Of a DNA stretch of 64,000 nt, positions 48,636 through 62,079 are shown piece by piece; positions within the stretch are counted from its first letter, which is position 1; each line of letters opens with the position of its first letter. The stretch is from Piromyces finnis finn (Eukaryota > Fungi > Neocallimastigomycota). The stretch spans positions 1 to 64,000 of the forward strand of contig MCFH01000067.1 in NCBI GenBank assembly GCA_002104945.1, in the 5' to 3' direction. The position numbers and the translations under genes were made by a program. Under the pieces are notes generated by a model, which ran no database searches, was not told the origin of the DNA, and saw only the letters and a program-made list of their open reading frames with translations.

Positions 48636-50746
48636 TAATTAATGCATTCCATTTATTACTATTATTATAACATAATCATAAATAACCAACTATAAGTATA
48701 TATAATGATATAATAATATATGAATTAAAATTTTTAAATAATCAAAAAATTTTATTAAAAAATATGTTTATATTACTATAATTATAATCGTTAATACCTT
48801 TTTTTTTTTTTTTTCTTTATTTTTGATTTTTATTGTAATCCTCTGAAGTCATTTTTTATATATATTTATATTACAATAAATAAATAAAAAAAATAGTAAA
48901 AAGATGGTAACAATAAACACAAAAAGAAAAAAAGAAAAAAAAAAGATTATAAATATATTTAGTATAAATTGATTTCTTATTAATTAAATAATAAAAAACC
49001 TATTATAAAATTTTGTTCTACATAAACATTTATTAATATTTATTTTTTTTTTAAAAAAAAAAAAGTATTTAATTAGAAAAGAATAAAATAAAAAATTTAA
49101 AATAAAAAAAAAGATTAAAACAAAAATCATAAATTTCCTTTTACATTGTTTGAGTGCATTTTAAAATAAAAAAACTTTTTAATTATTATAATAATAAATA
49201 TTAAAATTCGTTGCATTTCTATGAAGCGATTTTTTTTTTTAAAAAAAAAAAAAAGATTAATTTATAGTTATATAACTTTTTATTCTTAAAGATAAGAAAA
49301 ATATAATTTATGATTATAACTTTATAAGAATAAAAGAGAGAAAAAATAAAATACAAACATCTTATTTATGATAAACAAAAAAAAAAACTTTTGATATAAA
49401 AAAAATAGTATGTGAGTGTAATATATATAACAAATAATTAAAAAGAAAAGGTTAGAAATAAAAAAAAACTGAAAATATTGGAATGATAAAGTAGTTGACA
49501 TAGTTTTGATAATAAAGTATTTTTTACAATATATACATAACATAAAAATAATAATTATATAGCCTAAAAAAAAAAAAAAATTAAATTTAAAAAAAAAAGT
49601 ATATGTTTCATTTATTGCAAGTTTTTTTTTTTTTTTTTTTATCTTTTATGACATTAGAAATATATATATTAAAATATATATTTAAATTTTAAAAATATAA
49701 CGCTTTTTAAAAAAATATTTTATAGATATTTAAAAAAAGGCCAACGATAGTAATATAATATTGAATACTATTCAATACTATATTACTATGAAAAAAATGT
49801 ACATTTTCACATTTTATTCATATTATGTTTGTATTATATTTAAAAATTAATTTACATTACACTTGTTAAAAGGATAAAATCAATAAAAGTTATACTTTAT
49901 AATTTTAATAATGTTAATTGATATTATTAATTGATAATAAGTATTATGAAAAGACTACATATTAGTAGTTAATTTCTTTTTTTTTTTTTTAAAAAAAAAA
50001 AAATTTAACTAGTGTCACAAAGACACCTTTTGTTTTAAAATTGTTAAAAATACCAAAACATAAAGTAATAAAAATAAAATGTTTGATATTTTCTTATTGT
50101 AAAGCCATATTATATTTCAAAAGTATAAAAAATATAATAAAAACAAAATCTTTATTAGTGGTGGATGAAAGATTTACAAAGCTAATTCATAAAATAAAAT
50201 AAAATAATATAATCAAATTGATGAATAAATCATCAAACATGATAGCACTGGGTAAAAAATTAATATATAAAATATTATAAAATCTACGATTTTTTATTTA
50301 TGCTTCTTTTACAAAACAATTAATTAATGAGTGAATCCTTGGAATTTGGATTTATCAATAAAACTATAAAGATTTATAGTAATGATAAAAAAATTTTTTT
50401 ATTTTTTTTTAAAAAAAAACTAATTAATACATTAATACATTGATAAGAATAAATGAAATATATATCTACATTATTTATTATAAATAAACATTTATTAAAA
50501 TGTTTTAAGTTACTTTTTTTTTTTTTTAAATCTTTTTGCTTAATAGTATTATAAATTGATGATAGATAATAATTATTTTTTTTTTTTCGATCAATAAGTT
50601 AATAGTTAATAAATGAAGAGATAATACTTTATAAAGAATGTTAATAATGATTTGAAATAAAATATGTAAATAGGTAAGCATTAAATTAAAATGATTCTTC
50701 GATATTGGAATAAAAAAAAAAACATATATGTATTTATTATTGTTTT

Positions 50747-52267
50747 TCAAGGTTGTAAAACAATATTTAATTGGTCTTTTCTGTCTTTATGATAATAGTC
50801 TAGAATTTCTTTTCGCATATCTTCATTGGTTCTACTAATCCATTCTGAACTATTGTTGGATGCCTTAAAGAATTTCCGGAGGTAACGTTCTTTCTTTCTT
50901 TGATTACCTCCCATAATATGTAATAGAAAGCCATCTTTATTGGGTTGGAAGGTGTTAAACCATTGATGAGGTACAATGATAAAATGTTCCTCTTCCTTAA
51001 ATTCAATTAATACATTATTTAATGCTGTCTGATCATCCAATCCTAATAACATTTTTGAACGATAATAAGGATAGGCCATTGCTCTTGTAAATAAATTTAA
51101 GGACCATTCATGAACACGAATAAAGAGAACACCTGCATTCAATCCACAGCATACATCTTTTCGACCACGATAGTCAAAAGCAGCAATTAAATGAACTTTA
51201 CTCATTTTTTCATCTGGTAAAAATGTCTCTATTTTAATGTTAGGGTTGGTAATAATAATATCACTATCAACCCAAACAATCCAATCATAACTATCATTTT
51301 TTAATCCTTCCATCAATTTCTCGATAATCGGTTGAAATTTCATAAAATAAATCGCACGATCTGGAATGTAATTATAAGTGCTTAGGGAGTATTCATAACC
51401 ATGAATATTAGAATATTGGTAAAATTCACTCACAGAATGTTCTTGTATCGTATTAGATTTTATATTATCATAAAATGAAACAATTGAAATTCTTTTTTTC
51501 TTTAGTTGTGCCTTTTTTACACAATGATATTCAATATGAAGGTATTTTTTTAATCCTACACACGTATCTTTAAACACTCTATCACTTGGAATGAGTGTAC
51601 AATATTGTTTTCCTTCACATTTACTTTTTACAATATCTACAGGTTCATAGCCACATCCTTCTTTTATCTTTTTATATTTTAAAAAGGCAAACGTAATAGG
51701 ACAATGTTCCTTATCATTGGGATGACGACCGTAAAATGCCTTATCAATAACAATAGTATAATACTCAGGACAGGTTAAATCGTTTCCTTTCAAAACTTCA
51801 GGTCTTGACTTTGAATTAATTTGACAGAAATATTCGGATTTCCAATGTGTTTCATTTTCTAGTTTCATATATTCATTATAATTATATTCATCGTAGTTGA
51901 AATCCCCATTTTCGTTCTCTTTATTAATTAGTTGATATAAATTTCTTTTAGTACCAGTGTCAATATCTTTATTTTGGGTTATTGGACCATTTGAAATAGA
52001 ATCGTTTAAAAGAACAAATCCTTTTGGTAATTTATTTTTAGAATTGTCTATTTCAATTTTATTATTTGATTCAATGTTTTCTACATTTTCTATTTCAGCA
52101 CTTTTAAATTTTATTAATGAATTAAATTTTAATTTTTTAAATTGAATATTCCCGCCATATTTTGTATAATAAGTACAAGTTGATAGTGTTAAAATAATAC
52201 CAAAGATAAAAACTATTATAAGAAGTTTTTTTTTAAATTTTTCTTTAATTAAGACATTGGAACTCAT
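50747..52267 (-). CDS. Type II membrane protein: SUEL/Gal_Lectin domain fused to a GT34 (GMA12/MNN10-like) glycosyltransferase
   Basis: N-terminal TM; CPEYYTIVIDKAFYGR...KCEGKQYC...DTCVGLKKYL lectin signature; WVDSD DxD motif and LNAGVLFIR GT34 motif. Confidence 0.88.
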   Translation of the reverse strand: MSSNVLIKEKFKKKLLIIVFIFGIILTLSTCTYYTKYGGNIQFKKLKFNSLIKFKSAEIENVENIESNNKIEIDNSKNKLPKGFVLLNDSISNGPITQNKDIDTGTKRNLYQLINKENENGDFNYDEYNYNEYMKLENETHWKSEYFCQINSKSRPEVLKGNDLTCPEYYTIVIDKAFYGRHPNDKEHCPITFAFLKYKKIKEGCGYEPVDIVKSKCEGKQYCTLIPSDRVFKDTCVGLKKYLHIEYHCVKKAQLKKKRISIVSFYDNIKSNTIQEHSVSEFYQYSNIHGYEYSLSTYNYIPDRAIYFMKFQPIIEKLMEGLKNDSYDWIVWVDSDIIITNPNIKIETFLPDEKMSKVHLIAAFDYRGRKDVCCGLNAGVLFIRVHEWSLNLFTRAMAYPYYRSKMLLGLDDQTALNNVLIEFKEEEHFIIVPHQWFNTFQPNKDGFLLHIMGGNQRKKERYLRKFFKASNNSSEWISRTNEDMRKEILDYYHKDRKDQLNIVLQP

Positions 52268-53225
52268 TCCTCAAATTTTAAATTAACTCTTTTCAACAAT
52301 TTTAAAAATATTAAAAGTATATATATATATTTATAATAATAACATATATTGATTTAATTGATGGTTCATGATTTATGATGATAACAGCTGAAATAGCTTA
52401 ACTTTTTTTTTTTTTTTTTTAATACTACACTAATAAAAATTGATTATACTCTGGTAATTGTTCAAAAAAAAAAAAAATAAAAATAAAAAATATAATTGAT
52501 AGAATCGATATAAAAAAAAATTTTTTTATGGCGGCGGCGGCGGCTATTCATTATTTTTATGATACATTAATGTATTTAGAAATATTTATTTATGTACATT
52601 ATACAGCCTACATAATGTATGTATGTAAATATAAATGTATTTAAATTTTAAAAGAAAAAAGAGAGAGGCATTCATCAATCAACCTTTCTTTTTTATTTAT
52701 AAAATACAAAATATATATTTTTATTTATTTATTTATTATTTTTATTTGGTTTTTAAATGATTTTTTATTAAATATGCTATTTTAAAGTTTTTGCTTATTA
52801 ATAGCTTTTTATTATGTATAAATATATTGATCAGTTAAAAGCATTTGTTTACATTATTTTATTTATTATAATTTTTACAACTACATTATTAATAAATATT
52901 AATAAATATTTATTACATAATGATTATTTAATTATTTATATTTTATTGAATAGTAATCCTATTTTAGCTTTATATTTATATTAATTTTGTTTTTTTTATA
53001 TTATTTTATATTAGTTCACCATTTTTTTTAAAAGGGTGCATATATAGAGACAGAAATATGCATAGATAAATCTGATAGAAATAGTTATCTTTCTCTATAT
53101 TATTGAATTTAAAGTTTAAATTCCTTTAGTATTTATTTATTTAGATTATTATAATATTATTTTTGTCAAAAAATATATTTTATAAAAGGTAGGTTGTAGA
53201 CATATCAATCATTTATTTCTACCTT

Positions 53226-54289
53226 TTAAAAGTTTAAACAACTAGATGGAATACCACACCATTTATCATCTTCGAAACCCCATTCACCATTTTCATCGAT
53301 TTCAAAGATAGTACAAGTCTTCTTACAACACGCGTAACCTAACTCTTCAGACCAACAGTCTTTTTCTTCAACAATTTTATAGTATGGTGTAAGACCACAC
53401 CATTCCTTTAACTTGTAATTATAACTCCAATTACCATAGGAATCAGTATAGAATACTGTGCTTACTTCTAAAGGACAACAATTGTATCCAATGGTTTCAG
53501 CAATACACTTGTACTTTGGTTCAACTTCAGTAGTCGTAGTTGGTTCAATTTCAGTAGTAGTAGTTGGTTCAATTTCAATAGTAGTTGGTTCAATTTCAAT
53601 AGTAGTTGGTTCAACTTCAGTAGTCGTAGTTGGTTCAATTTCAGTAGTAGTAGTTGGTTCAATTTCAATAGTAGTTAGTTCAATTTCAATAGTAGTTGGT
53701 TCAACTTCAGTAGTAGTAGTTGGTTCAACTTCAGTAGTAGTAGTTGGTTCAATTTCAATAATAGTTGGTTCAATTTCAGTAGTCGTAGTTGATTCAATTT
53801 CAATAGTCGTAGTTGGTTCAACTTCAGTTGTAGTAGTACCTTCTATTTCTGAACCAGAAACAATCCAATCAATAGGCTTTTCAAATTTAAAAGATTTGGT
53901 TTCACCCTTCTTAATTGGAATCCAAACAGTTATTGGATCCTTACCAATTTGTTCAAGAGTGGCATCAGCTGGGAGAGAAGACTTCTTAACATTAGTTGGA
54001 ATGGTAACTGGAACAGTACAATCACCATTGAAAGCGGAAACAGAAACACCAACAATTTGATCATTTTGTACAAGTAATTTAGTTTCATGACCACAAGCTT
54101 CTAATTTAGCACGTTCTTAATTAAATCATATGGGATACCATAAGATTTTAAATTGAGAGTAATCATATCATCTTCCATATTTTTAGTTGTTAAAACTAAA
54201 GTTTTCATAGTAATAGCTTTTTGACCAGAAACCATAGTCATAGCAATAGCCAAACTAATAGTTTTAATAATTTTTGATAATAGAGCCAT
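53226..54289 (-). pseudogene. Internally deleted Agd3-like deacetylase-family gene with Thr/Glu/Pro linker and two fungal dockerins
   Basis: Signal peptide plus ...LKSYGIPYDLI is fused out of frame at about 54117 to a 296-codon frame (54116-53226): ERAKLEACG...EQIGKDPITVWIP, EPTTTTEI linker, dockerins CIAETIGYNCC...EWCG and CWSEELGYACC...KWCGIP. The Agd3 family call is from recalled motifs only. Confidence 0.7.
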
Positions 54290-55259
54290 TTTTAAATAGT
54301 ATTTTTTTTTTATTTACTTTTTTATTTAGTTCATAAAAATATTTTTTAATTTTATATGGTATATATATATTTTTATTGTTATATTGTTATATTGTTAACT
54401 AATTATTAATTGTTATTATTATTTTTTTCTAACTTTAAAGAAATATGTATTATAGATTATATAGTTTAATATAATTCTCTAATTCGAAATTATATAAGCA
54501 ATAGCCTAAAAGTTAAAAATTGATTTTATAAAATATTTTAGTATAATTAATAAATTATAATGTTCTATTTTATATTATTTACTATTATTTATTTATTTAA
54601 ATAATTGTTATTATATAATAATAACTAATTAGTTTTATTATATTTTTTTCTTTATTTTAATATTATAGGATTATATAATTATATAATTATATATATATAT
54701 ATTATTCTTTTTTTTTTTTTTTTAATTTTAAAAAGGGAAAGTCTAAAGATTTTTATAGGTAAAAAATGAAATTTTAAATGTCAAAAAATACAATAATTTA
54801 ATATAAATTTAATAATAAATAAAGTTTGTTAATTAATTTATTATATTTGATGAATAATTCATTTTTATATTAATTAAGGTTTGTGTTTGGAATCAAATCA
54901 TTTTTAGAGTTTTCTTTTTTTTCTTTTAATTTATTTAAAAAATTCATCAAAAAGTTGTTTTTTTTTTTGTATAAAAGAAAAAGGTATTTTATTATCAGCG
55001 TTGAGTTGAGTAAATCATTAATAGAGGTAAAGGTAGATGTTCTTTTTCATTATTATTACTTTGTTAATATTTCTATAAATGAGAATTAAAAAATTCTGTT
55101 TTAACTTATTATTTATTCTTTGAATCAAATAATAGAAAAGAGTTTATTCACAATAGTTTACCTGCAAAATTTTCTCTATAATATTATTATTACTCTAAGT
55201 CTTATTAAAAAGTAATATTATTATTATTAATAATATTAATTATTAGTAAAAGTAGTAGT

Positions 55260-55260
<1 letters not shown>

Positions 55261-55345
<85 letters not shown>
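55261..55345. repeat. Compound microsatellite (TAC)11(TAT)n
   Basis: Seen directly in the sequence. Confidence 0.9.
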
Positions 55346-55348
<3 letters not shown>

Positions 55349-57104
55349 ATTATTATTATGTTTATTATTATTATGTTTATTATTATTATTATGTTTATTA
55401 TAACTATTATGATTTTAGTAATTTTTATTATAATTTATTATTGATACTTTATTTTTTTGTTACTACTACAAACTATTATTAATGTTAATAGTATTACAAT
55501 TGTTTGTTATGTATAAATAAAAAATATTGAAAACTATAAAGGATTCAAGTAATGAATATAAAATTATAAATATTAAATAATATAATTAAACATAATGCTA
55601 AGAAATATATTCTTATTAAAACAAGTAGAATTGTGATTATGTATTATTCATTTTCTATTAAATAAATTTTTAAAGATTTTTAAAAATATTCTTTTTTAAA
55701 ATGATAAATTTTTTTTTACCAATATTTAAAAGAAATGGTTTAAAAGTTTAAACTCATTTATTATAATTCTTTCCTTTTTTTTCATAAAAGAATGATTTAT
55801 AAGTATTTTAATATAATTATTAAAAGTTTTTTTTAAAAGGTTTTATATCTAATACAAAATATTTTCCTTTTTTTGGGATTTTTTAACATGAATAATATTT
55901 AATAATAAATATATAATAAAAATGAGATTTCATTTAATTATTTTAATTATTTTTTTATTCTTTAACCCTAATAACTTTTAAAAAATAAAAGAATTAATAA
56001 GCACTCTCTTGGTAACGCTATGATTTTACAAGCTAATTTTTTACTTTTTATTAATTAAATTTTTCTGGTTGCTTTTTAGCCTCTTGAACATTAATCATTG
56101 CCTGGATTTCTGGCTAAGAAAGACATAAATTTTTTTCGTATTAAATAAATGATTCTTTTTCATTTAAATCTCTGTATTATTTAATTTAAATAATTCTATT
56201 GATCAATATATCATTTTCAATTATATGATATATTATTTAATTAAAAAATAAATAAATTTATTTATTTTATCATATATTGGAATATAAACAATGCATATTT
56301 GTTATATATGGTCCAATAGAAAATATTTTATAGAACAACATATTATTATTATTTGAAAAAAGGTCATCCTACTAGACATTAATAGCATTATCTTTAGGAA
56401 GATGAAATTTGAAATCCGTAAAGTCTGAGTTGAGTTGATTTATTGTAATTTTCATGATACTACCATTTATTTATTCTATTTACTCAAGTACATAATTTTT
56501 TATATTTTGAATATTTATTTATTACTAAAAGCTTTGCAACATTCATCATTGTTAAATAACAAAAAAAAAAAAAAAAAAACTAAAGTGTATTAAATATTAA
56601 TAATAGTATTAGTATTAAAAATATTAATGGATAAGCTGAATTGTATTATCAAATACTAAATTGAGAAAGGAACAGATAATAGAAATATATAAATGCTTTA
56701 CTACATTATACATATCAAATAAAAATTAAAAATTAAAACAAAAATAAAATAAACGTCATCATCCAAATATTATGCAATGCATTAGTTATAGCTATTGTTA
56801 CAAACTTATTTAAGTATATTCATTACATCTACATCCTGTTATATCTTAATATTGTTCTATTTTAAAAATGAATATTTTTATTATTATTGTTAATTATAGT
56901 GGTTTTTGTTATTTTACAATGTTTGACCATGTAAATGAAAATGTAATTAAAAAACAAATAATGTAATAAAATGTAATAACATTACATAATATAAATGCAA
57001 CATCCATTCATTATTTTCTGTATTTTAAAAATATTATATAAAATTTAAAATGTATACAAAAAGTGATAATAAAAATTTATTGGTTACTTATTTATTAAAA
57101 ATCT

Positions 57105-58260
57105 GCTTTAATTATCTGGTTATCTTTTAGCCTCTTGAACATTAAGCATTACCTGAATTTCTGGCTAAAAAAAAATTTTAGTCATGATTTTTTTGTATGA
57201 GTCATCCATTTATATTTATATTTCTATAGTATTATATTAATTGATTTAAATATTTAAATAATTGTATTGAATAATTTATTATTATATATTATACAATTTA
57301 TTATTCAATAAACCAAACATTAAAAATGGACATGAATTTTTGATACTTTTTATGTCCACTTTTTTCATTGGAATGTCCAGTTTTTAACTTAAATAGTAAT
57401 TAAAAAAAATAAAACAATTCATATATTGAAATGTAAACAATATATATTTATAATATATTGATCAATAAACCAAACATTAAAAATGGACATGAATTTTTTG
57501 ATACTTTTTATGGCCACTTTCTTCATTGGAATGTCTGAATGACCAGTTTTTAAGTATGCAAAAAAAAGTATAAAAAAGGAAAAAATTCAGCTAAATGTTA
57601 ATTCTTTGCGACATTTTTTTTGCAAAGAATGAAGCCGAATTAACAAAAAAACTAACTTAAAACTAACTTAACTTTAACAATCCCAGTATTTAATTTGATT
57701 TGATTATTTTTTGCGAAAGCTAAGCATAATGGATTCAGATTAAATGCTGAATAAGTGTAATTAAATTTAATTGCATTTATTAAGAAAATAAAAAGCAAAT
57801 TTTGACTTAAAAGATTGCTACCATAATATCTGTAGTATTTTAAAGCAAATATGAAGAAGAATGAAGATTGAGAATTGATACTTTATGGAAATATCTAAGG
57901 TTGGGTGAAATTTATTATACTCTTGGCCTTATACTAAAAAAAGAATTCTTATTAAATTGAGAAGAAGTTTTACGGGCAAACCTTGAATCTAAAAAGTCTT
58001 TTAACTATTCATAAAACGCTGATTGCATTAAAGATATTATGAGTAAATTTTTTTAACGATTAAGACTTATAAAGAATGGTTTTAATTTTGGAATTAAAAC
58101 CTTTTTAAAGCAACAATATAAATATTTTATAATATTTTTAGAAAAAATTGTTAAATATTTAAAATAACGATATATTTTAATAATAATTTTTATGTGTAAA
58201 AATATAAAATATTATTAATAATATTAAAATAAATAAAATATTATTTATTTTTTTTTAATT
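57105..58260 (+). repeat. Dispersed repeat family copy (unclassified, probably transposon-derived)
   Basis: Homologous to about 56055-56120 (+), 62080-62620 (-) and 62820-63780 (+). Internal duplication of the CAATAAACCAAACATTAAAAATGGACATG block at about 57305 and 57462. Confidence 0.7.
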
Positions 58261-58489
58261 ATTTAAAGTGTAAAGTTTTATATTTTTTTATATAATTAGA
58301 AAGTTGTTTAAATTTTTAAGAAATAATAAAGATTTATTAAAGGATTAAACTTTGTATTTTATTTATGATAAAGTTTTTTAAAAAAAAGAGATAGAAGTAT
58401 TCATATGGATGGTTGTTGTCGACTTGATTTAGAATAAGAAATGGATAAAGTTTGATGCTAAAGTTGTAAAAATAGTCTATATATGTAAA

Positions 58490-59143
58490 TGTCCGTGGTT
58501 TTTCTTACTAAAACAATTTCTATCATTAATAGCTTCATGTTGCTTCTCTTTGATAGATATAATAAGACATTTAATTAAGAACTTTAGATATCGTATCAAT
58601 TTAGCAAAGGAGAGTTTGCTTATGGTTTCTAGCGGCTATTGAAATCAATAAGCGGATACAAGTTGGATGCTAGAATTGCAAAAGCTGCTAAATTTGTTGA
58701 TCCAGTTTGTCCTAACTAACTATTGTCCATATTGCAAGTGTGGTGGTATTCAAAGTATTAAGCATTGGTTATTAGACTGTCCAACATTTAGAGATATCCG
58801 TATTAAAAATTACAATTCCATAGTTCAGCTATTAGATTTTTTCAGTCAACGTAATTCCAACAGTCCTATCAATAATAATGAAAATGTTAATATCAGTAGA
58901 GATAGCAATAATATTAATAGTAATAGTAATAATAGTAATAATAGTAATAATAGTAATAATTATAATAATATTATTATTAATAATAATTTTAATAATAGTA
59001 GTAGTAATATTAATAATATTATTATTATTAATAATAATTTTAATAGTAGTGATAATAATAGTAATAACAATAACAGCAATAGTAAAGAAAATAATTCTAA
59101 TTTAGATAGTAATTTAGTTAATAATAGTAATAGTTATGCTTAA
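58490..59143 (+). mobile_element. Degenerate non-LTR (LINE) ORF2 3' fragment with CCHC finger and Asn-rich region
   Basis: SGYKLDARIAKAAKFVDPVCPN, a TAAC duplication, then YCPYCKCGGIQSIKHWLLDCPTF (C-x2-C-x8-H-x4-C). Inverted homolog at about 59700-60040. Confidence 0.7.
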
Positions 59144-59639
59144 ATTAAAGTAATATTGATACAAAGTTTAAATGGATACTATTATAAATGTGTAATATCA
59201 ATTATATATTTTTAAATTTTCAAAATGACTTTACAAAATTAAAATAATGAATATTCTCTTTATTTTTTACTGGCTAATAATATAAAGTTATGCTAAAGTA
59301 TAATTAGTTTTTAAGTAAAAATTATAAATAAAATTAATATCAAGTATTAATAAACATATGTATATCACATTTAATATAGAAAGTTTATAATATATATATA
59401 TTTTTTAATAAAACAATAAATAATTATAATAAATATGTATCTTAAAAAAGGATTTTAGTATTTGAGTTGTAAAATATGTAATTTGTTGTATTTGGCTCAT
59501 TATTAAAATATATTTACTTGTTTATATACTATTAAAAAATATTCATGCTAGCACCTTTATCCATTAAATATTTAATAATATTTTTGTTTTCTACATTGCA
59601 TGCTCGTTAATATTTATAGCGTTATTAGAAGGAATTTAA

Positions 59640-59752
59640 ATAACTCCAAGAAGGAATTTAAATATTTTATTGCACACACTAGAATAACCATACACATTAA
59701 TATTCATCGGATTATTAAAACTATTACTATTATTAACTAAATTACTATCTCA

Positions 59753-59784
<32 letters not shown>

Positions 59785-61075
59785 AATTATTATTAATATT
59801 AATATTATTAATATTACTATTATTACTATTATTACTAATACTATTAATATTATTGCTATCTCTACTGATATTAACATTTTCATTATTGATAGGACTGTTG
59901 GAATTACATTGACTGAAAAAATCTAATAGCTGAACTATGGAATTGTAATGTTTAATACGGATATTTCTAAATGTTGGACAATCTAATAACCAACACTTAA
60001 TACTTTGAATACCACCACACTTGCAATATGGACAATAGTTTTTTTTTTTTTTTTTTTTTTTTTTTAGACTAGGAAGAGAATAAACATCCTTTATTTATTT
60101 AATTTGTGATATTACATAATATTAGGTGATAATACATATTGATATAATAAATAATAAATAAAAATAATAAAATATATATAAATAAAAATATAAATATAAA
60201 ATAATATAAAATAATTATTTAAGTTGCATAAAAGTTCAATGAACTCTGCAATTTGTACTGTGTGGGATTGGTCTCTACCTAATAAATTAAATGAAATAAA
60301 GAAAAAGAAGTAACATCAGGTATGATAGTGTGATGTCCACTAAACTCTCCCATGAGTTGGTAATGTTTTCATTCGAATTTGAGGAAATACTAACATTGAA
60401 CTCTGTGTACGGAACACTGAGAATGCTCCTTTGCCATATCGGTACAACGTCGGCGCTCTTGATGACGTTAGGTGTCTTACTAAACCTATCAAAAAGTAGC
60501 TTCATAGAGCTACTAATGATAGGGATTGTTTTAGTAAGAAAAGCCGCGAGACTCTCTACCTATGGAACATGAGACCCCGATGAACTGTACAGCTGTTCAT
60601 TCAAATGTCTTTGTTCCTAAATTTAAGTGAGGTTTGTTGAGACCGATATGCATTAGGCGATTTGAATTAAGGAATTTGTTGTTAGTATATCTGATGGCTT
60701 TTACTTCCATTATTTAGGCTACTATTATTCCAATAATGTTCTCTAATATCTTTAGTACTTTTAATATTTATTTTCATAAGCTTCTTATGAAGTGAACAAG
60801 ATTCTTTGGCCCAAGAGTAATGAGACATGGGAGGGATAGATCGGACGAGATTTTTAATAATACAATTTGATTTTCTCCATTTAACAATACATTTCACTTG
60901 TTGCGCAGCACAAATACCTGAAAGGGTAGGAATCTTCATATCTCTTGTAAGAGCATACAGACTAATAAATGAATTTCGTTCAAAAATAAAATCTTTGTTA
61001 TTAAGGCTTTTATTGTGAAAGCTATTGACACTCCATAAAACAGCAGTATTGATAAGAGTTTGTTTCACCAAGAAG
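59640..61075 (-). mobile_element. Rearranged LINE debris: post-RT ORF2 segment, C-terminal tail, 3' UTR with poly(A), then CCHC/Asn segment
   Basis: ISLYALTRDMKIPTLSGICAAQQVKC..., LAAFLTKTIPIISSSMKLLFDRF, poly(A) at about 60039-60065 on the minus strand, and a second CPYC finger copy. Confidence 0.65.
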
Positions 61076-61084
61076 GAACATAAA

Positions 61085-61347
61085 AATATATTTTTAGTTT
61101 GTTGTTAGTAAAATTTAATGGAATACATCCTTTGCTATTTTTAATATCAATTTTAGCACCATATTCAACTAAATATTTTTACATTTTCTTTGTTTCCTCC
61201 TTTGCATGCTCTATGCAAAAATATACATCCATTATGATCTTTCTTATCAATATCTCCTTTTAATTCATCAATTTCTTGTGTAATAGAAATAATAGTTCTA
61301 TTCGGTTCAATCTTCGTTTCACGTTTCACCTTCACCAATCCTTCCAT
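61085..61347 (-). pseudogene. Frameshifted ankyrin-repeat gene fragment
   Basis: DIDKKDHNGCIFLHRACKGGNKENVK, then after a 1-nt shift YLVEYGAKIDIKNSKGCIPL. A further piece, KNIIKYLMDKGASMN, lies at about 59545-59590 beyond the LINE debris. Confidence 0.6.
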
Positions 61348-62079
61348 ATTCTAATTACTCCATAGTTAAATAAGATAAACTTTTTAATAACCATCAACCA
61401 TCAACACCAAAATTATAACTCCAAAATTAAAAAATATATTTAAATTCTTCAATATCAGGAAAAAAAACTAAAAATAATCAAGGTTTTAGGTTTTAATATA
61501 TAATACTTTATTTATTGTTATTAATAACTTTTTTTTACATTTTTACATATAAAAATTATTATTATTATTTTAAATATTTAAAAAGTACGAATTAATCATT
61601 ATCAATAAAAATAAAACATTAACTATTTAAATTTAATAATAATTTATTATTAATTTTAAATAATCAATATTTTATTTTTTAAATAATTCTTAAAATACTA
61701 CTTTTAAAAGATTTTAATTCCAAAATTAAAACTTTTCTCATTTGGTTTTAACTAAATAAAAAGATTTATTCATAATATCTTTAGCATTTATCAACTTTTG
61801 ATATTTCATGGATTTCCCATTTTTCTTCTGTCTTAAAAGTTCACTTTAGGATTTCTTTTGGTTTACTCGTTTCCTTTCAAAAGAATTTTATTCTTTCTTC
61901 TTTTTCATTATTCAGGTAGATTCAATTCAATTTTTGATATCCTCCTTAAAGTACCATTCTTCAAGCCTCACTCTTTAGAAAAAGTTTTAGAATACTAGAG
62001 TTATTATGGTAGCAATCCTTCCCTTCAATAAAACCCAAAGAACTTGTTAATAAATGCAATTTCATTGAATTACACTTAT

